Source: the human T2T-CHM13v2.0 reference genome, Homo sapiens. Taken from it: 64,000 nt of DNA. Of this stretch, positions 1 through 27,030 are shown one piece after another. The stretch lies in the NCBI RefSeq assembly GCF_009914755.1, contig NC_060926.1. The stretch is one strand, 5' to 3'. Each line of letters opens with the position of its first letter. Within the stretch, counting starts at the first letter, position 1. The position numbers were made by a program, and so were the translations under genes. The notes below the pieces were generated by a model that searched no databases, was not told the DNA's origin, and saw only the letters and a list, made by a program, of their open reading frames with translations.

Positions 1-427
1 TTTCTGATTTAAAAAAATAGTAACAAAAAAAGTTATGGCCCCTGGATCACATGCTTCACACTGTCCCACATTGTTCCCTCCATCGCTCTGCCCTCTCTCA
101 CAGCTAATCTTCAGATACTCATTCTCATACTAAGATCCTCCTACAGCTTATCCTATTCAAATTCTTTATTTCTGAACCACATCCTCCATAGGCAGAGACC
201 CCCGAATCCCACTTTTGGCAATTCTGATGGACAAGTTCTAATTACCAGGCCATATTCCTGTTAATACTTAACACCAAGAACACAGTATAAGCCAAGCAAC
301 TCACGATTCCCTACAAACTCTTGCCTATATGTTAGAGTCTTGGCTATTTGATCAAAGTTATTTAGTTGACAATAAATACAACCAGAATCCCTTGAAAGCA
401 AACGTAAAACTAATTACTAATCTTTTA

Positions 428-703
<276 letters not shown>

Positions 704-1156
704 CTATTACAAAACAATCAAGAAATCCAAACAATTCCATTAAAATAAAGTTGGGGAAAAGTGTAGGAGGGAGGGGAAATAGTTTAGTTTTCATAACTGT
801 GGAGATTATCAGGATGTGATATAGAAACATTAGTCCTCAACTCATACCACTAAATTGCACGGTAATAAGCACCTGAAAGTCCAGAAAAGAAGTAGTACCT
901 ACAATTGAGCTTACGATAATAATACTAAAATTACAAGCTGTTGAGAGCAGGAACTATGTCATACTTTTCACATTCCCTACCGCCTTTAACACTGTGTTTA
1001 GGAATGCCACTGGCCGAAAGCCCTTGAACACAGAACTCTTCCATGTAAGACAAACTCACTTGCTAGCACATTCTACCATGATTAAAAGCACTGGAGGGAC
1101 CTAATTCAAATAACTACCAGTCAAGACAGAACTTTAATCATCCCAAGCAGGTGTCT

Positions 1157-6066
<4,910 letters not shown>

Positions 6067-6479
6067 ACAGGAAAGTAACAAAATATGAATGTTTCACACA
6101 CGAATACACACCCAAATCTTATAAACACCAATGATCACACATAATACAATTATTCCATACCAGTGCTTTAAAGTACAGTTTTGGGTAGATCTTTATGTGC
6201 TCTTTATGGTGCCAAATAAAAGGTTGAGACTGTACTTATATCGTGGGAAAAAATATGGAGGGTAATTTGTTCACTGATTGAAAGTATTTCAAGCTATTTC
6301 TGAAAACTAAATCCTTGCAAGTCCTAATTTGACACATCAAGTGTGTTTACTTATATCAATATCCACAGCCACCTATCTTTTGTTAACATACCTTCTTTTC
6401 CTCATCAGAGTCATGTAAGAAAAGGGAGCAACTTAACCTATCAAACACCCATTTATCTGGGCATGTCATATCATAAGTA

Positions 6480-7090
6480 GTATCTATATGCTGCCCAAAA
6501 GTTTACAAAGGGCTTTCACACGTATTGTCACATACACAAAGCTATTACAGTTGGTTCTCACAACTAGCTTATAAATTAGTAAATCAGGTGTCATCACACA
6601 CATTTTAGAAAGGAAACTGGGTCTCAGGGTTACTTCGGCCTTTTCCCCAGAGACACAAACCCATGATTCTCTAACAGGTAAATACTAGAACCAAGACAAC
6701 AAATCTAAGTCTTCTGACTCCTAATGCAGGACTCCTTCCAATTCCATGTGTCATCAGTTCCATGAAAAGGGGCAGTCACTGGTTTCCTGTGTTTATAGCC
6801 TACTTCTTGCTAATAGCCTACTCTGAAAAATACTGAGAGATTTATTTTTTAAAAGACCACAGATATGCCCACACTGACAGGACTCAGACCCATACTGAAG
6901 AGGCACAACTGAACTATTATAATTGCCTATATTTAATTGGGGGCTGGGGGTGTAAAGATGGATAAGGGGGATAGGATGGCACAGAGACACAAAATATTGA
7001 AGACAGAGCTTCGGTCACTTGGTTCTACCAGTAACTGTAGGCAAGTCATTAAATCTTTCAGCATTCGTTTTTTTGAGCAGTAAAATGAAC
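6480..7090. mobile_element. MIR fragments
   Basis: MIR core-like strings (ttttagaaaggaaactgggtctcag; ggcaagtcattaaatctt...gtaaaatg). Confidence 0.55.
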
Positions 7091-7596
7091 ATGTTACAAA
7101 AACTAAGTTCCTTTTTCCAACAAAATTCTGTGTTTCTACAGAGTTGGTGCACACTATCTAATAAAAATACTTAGAACTACATAAGTACTTCTCTTCAACT
7201 GAGCCACATATGAAGAATCTCTTCCTAGGGTTCCTTTAATGTTCCATGCACTTAGCACAGTAAAAGACAAACAAAAATGGTCTATAACATTTGCAGTGTA
7301 GGACAAGGTAAACTTGAACTTAGATTTCCACTGATAAAAGAAAAAGATGAGGACCAAGTTTGACTTAAAACATGAGTTTCTCTGCTTCATGAACAGAAAA
7401 TTCAATGAGGCTTAAGTAATCTTGAAAATATTATTTTTAATCTAAGTAATTCTTATTCTACCATTCTATCTTAAGTACATGAATCTTAAGACATTTTACA
7501 TTCAATTTTGTTAGCATAGTAAATATATACAAAATAACAATACATTACAAATTTACCAAAATAAATTTCAAAAAAATTACTAGCCAAGTCACTTAC

Positions 7597-7692
7597 TATT
7601 TGAAGCTTGATTGTTTTCCCGTCTAACTCTATAGTTCTTATTTTGAAATCCACACCAATTGTGCTGATGTAGCTTTCTGTATATGTATCATC
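7597..7692 (-). CDS. RAB1A: RAB1A coding exon 3 (residues 33-64, [32 protein letters not shown]; switch I/effector loop)
   Basis: Contains the STIGVDF effector motif. Acceptor ttcccccttcag|GAT, donor ATA|gtaagt; 96 nt, phase 0-0. Confidence 0.98.
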
Positions 7693-8159
7693 CTGAAGGG
7701 GGAAATAATTAACAATTAAATGTATTGTTCAGTGGAGCAGATGCAAGTCTAAGTGGGAAAAAAAAAACTGTTGTTCAAGAGTAAATAAAAAAAAAGTTTA
7801 CTTTTATCTACAGTCCAAATTTATGAATGAAATGTATAAAGTATAACATGCTGACAACAGCCACTCCATCCACTTTCAGTACTTACTTCATATTCTGATT
7901 ACAAAGCACTACTTAACTGTAGTTTCTTTCCTTAAGATCTCTACAATAGCCATTCTTTATTTTTTCCAAACATCATCTCTTGCCAAATTCTTTACATACA
8001 TCATATAGAAAAATATTTTATATTTTCAATGATTATGAATAATTTTTCTAATCACTAATCAGCAAAACTCTTGCGACCCACCCACCCAATTTATTCACCA
8101 CAAAACAACAATTTCACTCCGCTTTTTCTTAGAAGTCAATCTTGCTTCCTAATTATGAT

Positions 8160-8925
8160 TTTTTTTTTTAGATATAATGCACATAACATAAAAGTCACCC
8201 TTTTGAAGTGGACAATTCAGTGGTCCTTATACATTCACAAGGTTGCAAACTACAACCACGAATTCCAGGACATTTTCTTCACTCCAGAAAGAACCCGTCT
8301 TCACTCCCTGGCAACCACTAATCTACTTTCTCTTTAGATTTGCCAATTTTGGACATTTCGTATAAATGGAATCATAAAATATGTGGCCCTCTGTGTCTGT
8401 CTTCCTTCATTTAGCAGAATGTTTTCAAGGTTCATCCATGTTGTACCATGTAACAGTACTTCTTTTTTTTTTTTTTTTTTTTTTTGAGGCAGGATGTTGC
8501 TCTGTTGCCCATGCTGGAGTGCAGTGTCATGATCTCAGCTCACTGCAACCTCTGTCTCCCGGGGTCCAAGCAATCCTCATGACTCAGCCACCTGATTAGT
8601 AGGGACTACAGGCGTGCATCACCACGCCTGCCTAATTTTTGTACGTTTAGTAGAGACAGGGTTTCGTGATGATGGTCAGGCTGGTCTCAAACTCCTGACC
8701 TCTAGTGATCCCCCTGCCTGAGCCTCTCAAAGTGCTGGGATTACAGGTGTGAGCCACCATGCCTGGCCCATTTTATTGGCTGAATAATATTACATGTACT
8801 ACAAATATACAACATTTTATCCATTCATAAATTGATTTGGGTTGTTTGTTTCCACTTCTTGGCTATTATGAATAATGCTGCCATGAACATTTGTGTACAA
8901 GTTTTCCTGTGAATATATGTTTCCT
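8160..8925 (-). mobile_element. L1M (L1MB-like) 3' end fragment with an AluS inserted at ~8461-8768
   Basis: Typical L1M 3' UTR strings (ggcaaccactaatctactttc; ttcatttagcagaatgttttcaaggttcatccatgttg; gaataatgctgccatgaacatttgtgtacaag). Confidence 0.85.
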
Positions 8926-9139
8926 GTCAATTTTTTAACCTAATGTTAAACTTTTAAAATTATAACTGCTTCTCGCAAGTACCTGCCATGAAATTTTATT
9001 CAGAATGGAATAAAAATATTTCTCGTGAAAAGATATATGAATGAACAGACCAGGCTATCATCATATGAAACACAAAGCACCACCTAAGAAGTACTCTGTC
9101 AACAAAGATGGACCTTAATCGAATCAGGTCTAATGAGAA

Positions 9140-9481
9140 CGGCACTGCCAAACAGAACTTTCTGTGACAATGGAAAGGTTCTATAAGCTGTGCTAGCCAA
9201 TATGGTAGCCATTAGCCCTATGCAGCTTGTGAAACAAGAAACTAAGTTTTTGATTTTTTCAATTATTTTTCCCCCTTAAAGGGACAGGGTCTTGATGTCT
9301 CCCAGGCTAGAGTACAATCGTAGCTTACTGAAGCCTTGAACTCCTGCACTCAAGCAATCCTCCCACCTTGGCCTCCCAAAGTGCTGGGATTACAGGTGTG
9401 AGCCACCAAACTTTTTCAATTTTAATTAATTTAAATTTAAATAGCTACATAGAGCTAGTAGCTACTCTAAGGATAGTGCAG
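9140..9481 (+). mobile_element. MER3 (hAT-Charlie) DNA transposon with an Alu fragment inserted
   Basis: agaactttctgtgacaatggaaa...ccaatatggtagccattagcc...aatttaaatttaaatagctacat matches MER3. Confidence 0.75.
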
Positions 9482-9755
9482 TTCTAGGTCTTCTAATTAC
9501 AGAAAGAGGGACAAACAAATAAGCATAAGGACATCACAAGGAAGCAAAATGACAAATCTAGAATATTGGACAATCTACAGGACAAGTGCTTCAGTTTCTG
9601 CAAAAAGTCAATGACATAAAAAATATATAAATAAAAAAGATAAGGTATAAAACTCTAGATTAAAAGACTAAGCAAGAAAACAACCAAATGGAAAATGTAT
9701 TTTGCAGGTTGATAATGGCAATGTCATTTTATAAGAAAATGTTTTTAGAAATATG

Positions 9756-14020
<4,265 letters not shown>

Positions 14021-14389
14021 TCTGCTTTTTCTTTTTATTCTACTAAAGTTTAATTTAAAGATTTATTTTCATCAAGTCGCTTTCAACACAGGCCACCAAC
14101 TACCCCTTTAACTTGCTGCCTATATTGGAACTGCTGTTTGACTCTGACCAAAAGTATTAGACATTCTGACTTTATAACCATACTTCACTGAATTTCTTTT
14201 AAGAGCAACAATATTTTTCTATTTAACAGTCCAAGATACCACTGGGGATGTATATTTGGAGTCTTTAAATATATAAATTCTGGAAGAATTAACTTATTCT
14301 GAATAAAACTGTTTAATTTTATCTACCTAGAAAACATACATAGCATTAATTGTACCATTAATTGTAAAGACATTTCAATTTCAACTTAC

Positions 14390-14462
14390 TGCAAACCTAA
14401 GAAGAAGGCAAGACTTTCCAACCCCTGAGTCGCCAATCAGAAGTAACTTGAATAAATAATCA
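14390..14462 (-). CDS. RAB1A: RAB1A coding exon 2 (residues 8-32, (Y)[24 protein letters not shown]; P-loop)
   Basis: GDSGVGKS P-loop. Long polypyrimidine tract ttttctttttctttttgcag| with upstream TTAAC branch-like site, donor GCA|gtaagt; 73 nt, in frame with exon 1 (23+73=96). Confidence 0.98.
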
Positions 14463-14865
14463 CTGCAAAAAGAAAAAGAAAATGATGTTAATAAAAAGCA
14501 CACTGCATTGCTATAAGCTATACAAAAACAAAAACACAGCTACAAATAACAACTCACTGTGAAGACTACATCTCCTATAAAGCCCATGCATGGCTTAAGC
14601 CAAAACTGCAAACAGCCACAGCCCTTCTGACAGATCACTAAACATGATAAAATTATGTAAAAAGTAGGCAATGCCACCTATGATCTCTAACATCAGTGAA
14701 CTTCCACTTAAAAAGAAAGAAGGAAAAGAAAAATAAGTGATACGCACTCTTGGACTGCCCAAGATACTTAAAACATTCTAAATAAATCCCACTCCTCTAT
14801 AGTATTAGAATACAGAAAGGTAACTTTTCATTGTTTTTGCCCATGAAATATTAGTCTCTCCTTCA

Positions 14866-15244
<379 letters not shown>

Positions 15245-15374
15245 TCACGATCCTTCTCTAGCATCCAGCTTGAATTCTCCCGTCAAAACAATGTTCATAT
15301 AACTTCTGAAAGCCCATATTATAAACTAGAAATGTGATAAATTCACAGGCTGTTTATCCAAGTGCAAAACTTGA

Positions 15375-15647
<273 letters not shown>

Positions 15648-16743
15648 TGACCTCATGATCTGCCCGCCTCAGCCTCCCAAAGTGCTGGAATTACAGGTGT
15701 GAGCCACCGCACCCAGTGATAAAACAAGGCTCTCTTTATGTATCTCTAACATTGCCAGGCCTAACTCAAAAACTATCCCCAGAGATTCCTTCATGGAACT
15801 AAGACAACATTATTATTCACCCACGGTCTCCAAGGAAATCCCTCATAGATCCTTCCCAACTCAGACACCAGTTCTATGCATTCTTTTAAGCAATTTCAAA
15901 AGGACAAAAACCTTAGAATTTATATATCGTTTTTGTAGAAGATATACATGATTTTGTATTTTGTCCTTTTTGATTTACTTTCAAAAATATGCTAAAGTGA
16001 AAACCACGTCACAATTTAGATTAAAATTATTTACATGTAAACAAGACATAAAACTTATTTTTTTTGTTTTAATTGCACTGCCAAAGAAGAGAGGATATAA
16101 AACTTCTATAAGCGATTATCTTTGTGAATATTCAACTATTACGTAGGTTTACATAATGATATGCATTACTTAAAACATTGTTTGGGTTTTAGCAAATTAC
16201 CATATTATACTTATTGTTATACTTATTGTCTTTAATTATATATGAGGAAAATAATTTTTTAAAAATCCCAAGTGCCAGTCAGCAGCAAAATAGAAGTCAG
16301 AGAAGGAAACAAAAATCTTCTAAACAAGTAAATCAGAAGAGGGGACTGAAGCATAGAATGAACTAGACATCCTTTCCAGTTTGAGATTTTAAAATTTTTA
16401 AAAAGATCGCTATTGTAGAATATTATCCTTAATAAATGATTGATACCTAATACCAACAATTTGTACTTGGCAGTTCAGCTGGCTGACTTTACTACTATTG
16501 ATAAGGTTCCTTCTTAATTAAACCAAATATTCTTCTTTCTTTTTTTGAGACAGAGTCTTGCTCTGTTGCTCAAGCTAATTTTTGTACTTTTAGTAGAGAC
16601 GGGATTTAGCCATGTTGGTCGGGCTGGTCTCCAACTCCTGATCTCAAGTGATCCACCCGCCTTGGCCTCCCAAAGTGCTGGGACTACAGGTGTGAGCCAC
16701 CATGCCTGGCCCCAAATATTCTTTTTTTGTTTGTTTGTTTTGA

Positions 16744-16875
<132 letters not shown>

Positions 16876-17767
16876 TAACACACCCAGCTAATTTTTGTAT
16901 TTCTAGTAAAGACGGGAGTTTCATCATGTTGGAGGCTGTTCTCAAGCTCCTAACCTCAGGTAATCTGCTCACCTCAGCCTCCCAAAGTGCTGGGAGTACA
17001 GGCATGAGCCACCGTGCCTGGCCCCAAATACTCTTAAGAATACTGAACACTGAACATTAACAATGAGTATATGTTAAGAATTTACCTGTATGAAGAAAGG
17101 AAGACTATCACAGCATTGATACTACCATAGTAGGTTGGTTTTTTGGGGGGTGTTGTTTTTGTTGTTAGACAGTCTCACTCTGTCGCCCAGGCTGGAGTGC
17201 AGTGGCTCGATCTCGATTCACTGCAACCTCTGCCTCCAGGTGTTCAAGTGATTCTCAGGCCTCAGCCTCCTGAGTAGCTGGGACTTAGTAGGGAGGTTTT
17301 TAAACGGAAGTTTCAACACAACAACTGGACTCAATGTACCAATCTCCCTGAACTCCACGCCAGGCATCCAGTAAACACTCAAAAACATTCCCTGAATTTG
17401 CTGTACTGGAGCCAGTTGAAGTAAAGGACTGTACTGGGCCTCAGATGTTGCCTGAAGTATCACCTTAAAGATCAACAACCCAGGCTAGGCGTAGTGGCTC
17501 ATGCCTGAGGTCAGAAGTTCCAGACCACCCTGGCCAATACGGTGAAACCCCATCTCTACTAAAAATACTAAAATTAGCTAGGCATGGTGGTGGGCAGCTT
17601 TAATCTCAGCTACTTGAGAGGCTGACCCATGAGAATTGCTTGAACTCAGGAGGTGGAGGTTGCAGTGAGCTCAGATCACACCACTGCACTCCAGCACGGG
17701 CAAAAGAGGAGTCTCAAAAAAAAAAAAAAAATCAACAACTCTATTTCAGAGCAACCATAAAGCTTTA

Positions 17768-18013
<246 letters not shown>

Positions 18014-19062
18014 TCAAAAAAAAAAAAAAAGAAAGAAAGAAAGAAACATGAAGGTTTCCTAATTGCACTACAAGTTACATTATGGTTTCAAGAAATTAAT
18101 AGTCAATTCTTTTTAAATTACCTTTTTCAACCACTACATTTTTTTAAGTTTTACAAATATAACACTCTTATTTTAACGCATTATGGCTGGGCACAGTGGC
18201 TCAGTGAGCCTGTAATCCCAGCACTCTGGGAGGCCGAAGCAGGTGGATCACCTGAGGTTGGGAGTTCGAGACCAGCCTGGCCAACATGGTGCAATCCCGT
18301 CTTTACTAAAAATACAAAATTAGCCAGGCATGGTAGCGCATGCCTGTAATCCCAGCTACTTGGGAGGCAAAGGCAGGAGAATCACTTGAACCCGAGAGGC
18401 GGAGGTTGCAGTGAGTCAAGATCACATCATTGTACTTCAGCCTGGACAATAAGGGCGAAACTCCATCTCAAAAAAACAAATAAAAAAATTATTTATGAGT
18501 TTCTAATAATTTAAGGCTTAAATTAAAGCCATTATAAATAATATGAAGAATTGAGTGCTCTGTATAAGACAATCTTTGCAAAAGACTACTGGTTCTCTCG
18601 CAAACCATTTGTTTACTAACATGACAACAGTCACATGAGAAAGGCAAATAAAATCAAACCCACAAACTTCCCCACCTCCCCTTATCAAAGACACACACCT
18701 GAATAGCGTGATCAGTGACACGTTAACTTGCATTGGGACATTTTAAATTACCTACTACAGAAGTAGTTTATTTCTCAACTGTAAATATACTGAATATTCG
18801 TGAGAATTCATTGTTCTGAGTTTGCTTTAAAACGTTTTTATAATTTACAAAACACCACACAGTAAAAATGTTGATAGAAAATATACAAATATAAAATTAC
18901 AGAGCACAAGGACAGAATTTTGGTACAAAGAGCCAAGACTAATTTAGCAAATGGTAAGACTTTAAATGTATTTATTCTTCATTCCTCATGAATTTGGATC
19001 ACTAAGTTTTTATCCTACAATAATATAATTTTGACTTAAGTGAAAAAAACTAAATTATGCTA

Positions 19063-19407
<345 letters not shown>

Positions 19408-19779
19408 CTATGAAGATTTACAATTGTCACCCTCGTAAATTATTCTAGTAAATCCTATCCACTGTTTCCAGTTCAGAACTTCCTCTAGCTTTTTGTAGTT
19501 CTAATCTACTATAACCTCATATTTTCTACCCTCGAGAAGTTTGGGGTCTGTGTTTCTCCACCCTTACGTTTGACATAGCTATCTGTGGGTGTGGAAGGTA
19601 AGCTGACTTACTCATCTACGTATACAAGGATCTAGCACTGTGCCTTTTACAAAGCATGTGCTAAGAGATCAGAGAACATTTTAGTTTTACATTTTTAATC
19701 AGGCCTCTTTCATTGTGAGATACAGCTACAGAAAATTTGTGCCATCCTTGATTAACATTTTTGGCCAAAATATTAGGGG

Positions 19780-21425
<1,646 letters not shown>

Positions 21426-21640
21426 GGTTTTAGAAAAGGTTTTTATAAAGGTTAAAAAATTATGAGGAGGCCAGGCGAGGCTCAAGCCTATAATCCCAGC
21501 ACTTTGGGAGGCCCAGGCAGGTGGATCACCTGAGGTCAGGAGTTTGAGACCAGCCTGGCCAACATGGTGAAACCCTGCCTCTACTAAAAATACAAAATTA
21601 GCCGGGCGTGGTGGCACGCACCTGTAGTCTCAGCTACTCA

Positions 21641-21805
<165 letters not shown>

Positions 21806-22052
21806 TCATGATTTTTTTTTTTTTTTTTTGAGACAGAGTCTTGCTCTGTTGCCTAGGCTGGAGTGCAATGGCATTATCTCAGCTCACTGCAACCTCCACC
21901 TCCCCCGGGTTCAAGCGATTCACCTGCCTCAGCCTCCCTAGTAGCTGGGATTACAGGTGTGTGCCACCATGCCCAGCTAATTTTTGTATTTTAGTAGAGA
22001 TGGGGTTTCACCATGTTGGCCTGGCTGGTCTCAAACTCCTGACCTCAAGTGA

Positions 22053-22229
<177 letters not shown>

Positions 22230-24155
22230 TAGTGAAAAATTCTGTTGAACTGCTTGAATTTTATAATACTACGAGCAGATATTTTATTTTAATTTAAAAA
22301 GTTCACTCTATGAGAAAGCTAAAAACAGTTAAGGTAAGAATGGCATAGAATAAGCCTGGACAGAAAGGAGGAGGCTGAGAGAAATTAACAGTAGGCTTTA
22401 ACAACTGGATGGTGGGCATGAAATACAGCAACAAGAGAAAAATTATTTTTGCTATCAGTTTTTCCTATAAGTCAACTTTTGGTCTACTTTCGCAATATTG
22501 GAGGTTCCAACAATAAAACAAAAGCAATAAGGTACAGTAAGGACGAGTTTTATTCTACTCAGTTTGCATGAAGTTAAATGACTGATGACAGGGCCAGGCA
22601 CGGCAGCTTGTGCCTATTAATTCCAGCACTTTGGGAGGCTGACGCTGGAGGATCATTTGAGCCCAAGAGTTCCAGACCAGCCTGGGCAACATAGAGAGAA
22701 GCCCCATCTCTTAAAGAAAATTAAGGAAAAAATGATCAATGACAGGATATGTGGATTTTTGCTAACATTAGAATTGTCTTTTGCTTAACAGATGGGGAAA
22801 AATTGAACTATACATTCAATTACAAATCAGCAAGAGGGCCCACCCCAGAACCCTTGTTTCAAATTTCAGTTTAGAGTTCAATTTCCATTATTTGTTTGCG
22901 TGCAAAAATGGCATCGGTACATATATGTACATTTATGATCTGAACATAGTCTTGATGTCCGCTGATGTATGTACCTACGCCATTTTTGTATGCAAGCACT
23001 ACCATTTTCTATGCCTTTAAAAAAAGCCTGGTGCAGTGGTGCACACCTGTAGTCCCAGCTACTTAGAAGGCTGAGGCAGGAGGGTAACTTGAGCCCAGGA
23101 GTTCAAGGTTGCAGTGAGCTAGGAATAGAACCATTGCACTCACTCTAGCCTAGGCAACAAGAGTGAGACCCCCATCTCTAAATAAATAAAATAAAAAATA
23201 TAAAAATTAAAAGTCACTACTGTGAAAGCATGGAACAATATTCTTTAAATAAAAAGTTAGAAAAACAGATTTTCAGTTCAAAATTCTATTTAGGTAAAAT
23301 TCTTTTCTTGCCTAAAGTACAAAGTAGAGGATGAATCAGCTTGTTTCTGAATCTAAAATGCTACTGGAAATTCTAAAACCTCCAAAATAACACTGTTATG
23401 TGAAAGGAATATAGAATTTTTTAAAGTATAACCTCATTTTTGTTTTTTAAAAAATCTTTTGAGGGGCTGGGCATGGCTAGCTCATCTCAGCACTCTGAGA
23501 GGCTGGAGCAGGAAGTCTAAACTGTAGGATTATAATGGATTGACGGTTTCTTCTTTATACCTTTTTAACAACCTGCAGTAAGCTTGTATGACTTTTATAA
23601 CCAGAAATAAAAAATGTTATTTGAAAGGAGGAGAAAAGCGTTTTATTCAATGACTTAACACCCTTACAAATATGTTCAGCATATGTCAGCACAGCACACC
23701 TATCATAACACAAATTACTTCTAAGTAGGTAGAGTAGGTCAGGTTGTAAACAGACAGCAATGGCATACTCCCAATACAGCCACAAGTATATGAAGTTAAA
23801 TTCTGGGTTAAATGAGAATATACTGTTTTCTTCTTTCATGAAATAAAATTTAGATTCTCAGACAAGGTTCACATGTCAATGAACACTTTACAAAAGAAAG
23901 CTGATCGACATTAACCCAACTTTCAACATTCCACCCTTTGGAAACATGCTAAGGAAGAAAAAAAATCTAACAGCAGAGAACTATAGTGTATAATTGTATT
24001 TGTACAAACAGAAATACAAATACAAATTTATAAAAACAAATATAAATTTTATAATATCAGCTGTAAGTACCTTAGAAAAGGCCTATTTATAAAGTTCAAT
24101 GGAAACTAAATTCATTCTCTTTCATCTAGAATGGATTCATTTGCATGACAGGAAT

Positions 24156-24869
<714 letters not shown>

Positions 24870-25152
24870 GGAATGTTATTTTATCTTCTTCTAAATGTCT
24901 TATTTGAAAATAGCATAAAACTAAGCTCACATATCAAATTTAAAACAAAATCCTGATATACTGGCCAATAAATCTTAAGGGAAAATTATCAAGACTACTA
25001 AACTACATACTATTTTAATAACCTTTAGGGGGTGAAACAATAAAAACTTCAGCTGCAATGATCATGATTGACATAAATTTTTCTTCTTCACTCACTTTAA
25101 GTACGCTCCACAGAACACAATTCAAAACCAACCTTCAGGCTGAAACACTTAC

Positions 25153-25158
25153 TCCTTG
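25153..25158 (-). CDS. Candidate 6-nt alternative microexon (CAAGGA) in RAB1A intron 1
   Basis: Minus strand reads aactaac-taaaag-ttcttacctcttgtctccag|CAAGGA|gtaagt, and the insert preserves frame. No transcript evidence is available. Confidence 0.3.
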
Positions 25159-26029
25159 CTGGAGACAAGAGGTAAGAACTTTTAGTTAGTTCATATGCTT
25201 CTGTACTGTGAATTTTACAGTGAGCACGTATTACTCTTATAATTTAAAAAAAATTAAACAATCCTTCAGCTGTGGACAAAGCAGCCTGTCAGTCAATATA
25301 AATGATCAATGTGACCAATTACCAGAAATCTGAGAGGGCAATGGTCTTTTCTCCAAATTTAAAGAAATAGTCAAGCAATTAAAAAAAAATGCTTCCATTC
25401 AGATGAACCATCTTAAAAAAAATTGTTCCCATAATCAACCACTAAAATTACATGTTTTTCTTTGGTATTTAGAGACAATAGATTAATTTTCCAGGTTCCA
25501 ATATAGTTCTGTTTAGAACAGTATTCTAAAAATTCAAAGCTGGCCAGGTGCAGTGGCTCATGCCTGTAATCCCAGCATTTTGGGAGGCCGAGGTGGGTGG
25601 ATCACTTGAGGCCAAGAGTTCAAAACCAGCCTGGCCAACAAGGTAAAACCCTATCTCTACTAAAAATACAAAAATTAGTTGGGCGTGGTGGTGGGCACCT
25701 CCAGTCCCAGCTACTAAGGAGGCTGAGGCAGGAAGAATTGCTTGAACCTGTGAGGCAGAGGTTGCAGTGAGCTGATATCACGCCACTGCACTCCAGCCTG
25801 GACAACAGAGTGAGACTCCATCTCAAAAAAATAAATAAATTAAATAAAATAAAAATAAAAATTCAAAGCTGAAATGCTGAAAGAAATTTGGGTAGTACCA
25901 AAGGAAGCAGCAAGTGACACAAGATGACAAAAGGGTAGACAGTCTTTAATATGCATACAAGTATTTGCTGAAAAACACACCAAGAAGGGGGTGTCAACGT
26001 TCTCTACCTCCTTACCTCTCAAAGCCTGC

Positions 26030-26260
26030 ATGGGTTTGGACCTGGAAGACCCGTACTTGAATTGAGGCTCTACTGCATACCAGCCATAGGATCTTGGTGC
26101 AAGTTATTCACTTACCACCATGAGCCTCAATTTCCTCATCTATAAGGTTCAATTAGCACCCACTACCACCCAATTAGGCTTCTTGTCAGGATTACAAATC
26201 ACGTTTCTGAAACATCTAGCACATACTGTCTGGCACATACAGAAGCACAGTAAGTGGCCA
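26030..26260 (+). mobile_element. MIR
   Basis: gcaagttattcacttacc...gagcctcaatttcctcatctataag...agcacatactgtctggcacata. Confidence 0.65.
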
Positions 26261-26718
26261 TTGTTATTTCTCCTTCCTCCCAGCAAAACCATGAGATAAC
26301 AATACAAATTTCAGAGGTTCAGACAAAAACTTCAAAATTATTTATCCAAGGCTTCTGTTCAGATTATCAGTGACAAAGGAACACAGGAGTTTACATATAT
26401 AATCTAAAGTTAAAGTTTAAAAATTGCCAACTAATAGTTGTAAGTACTATGATCATACAAGTCACAACTCCCAAAGCCTAGCAATGCATAAAACAGTAAC
26501 ATGCTCTGCAGCAAGTGTGCCCTCTACAGCAAGAGAAGGCAGCCCTCTGCTTCATTTGCTTTTCACAGAAAGACATCCATGACCTCTAAGTCTCCAAGTT
26601 TAAATATATAGCAAGACAGAAAAACTGAGAATGGATACAATTAATTTCAACCCAAGATGTGAAGGGTAAAGTTAAAAGCCCATTTATAAATAATACATAC
26701 CTCACAAACCCTTCTTAA

Positions 26719-27030
<312 letters not shown>

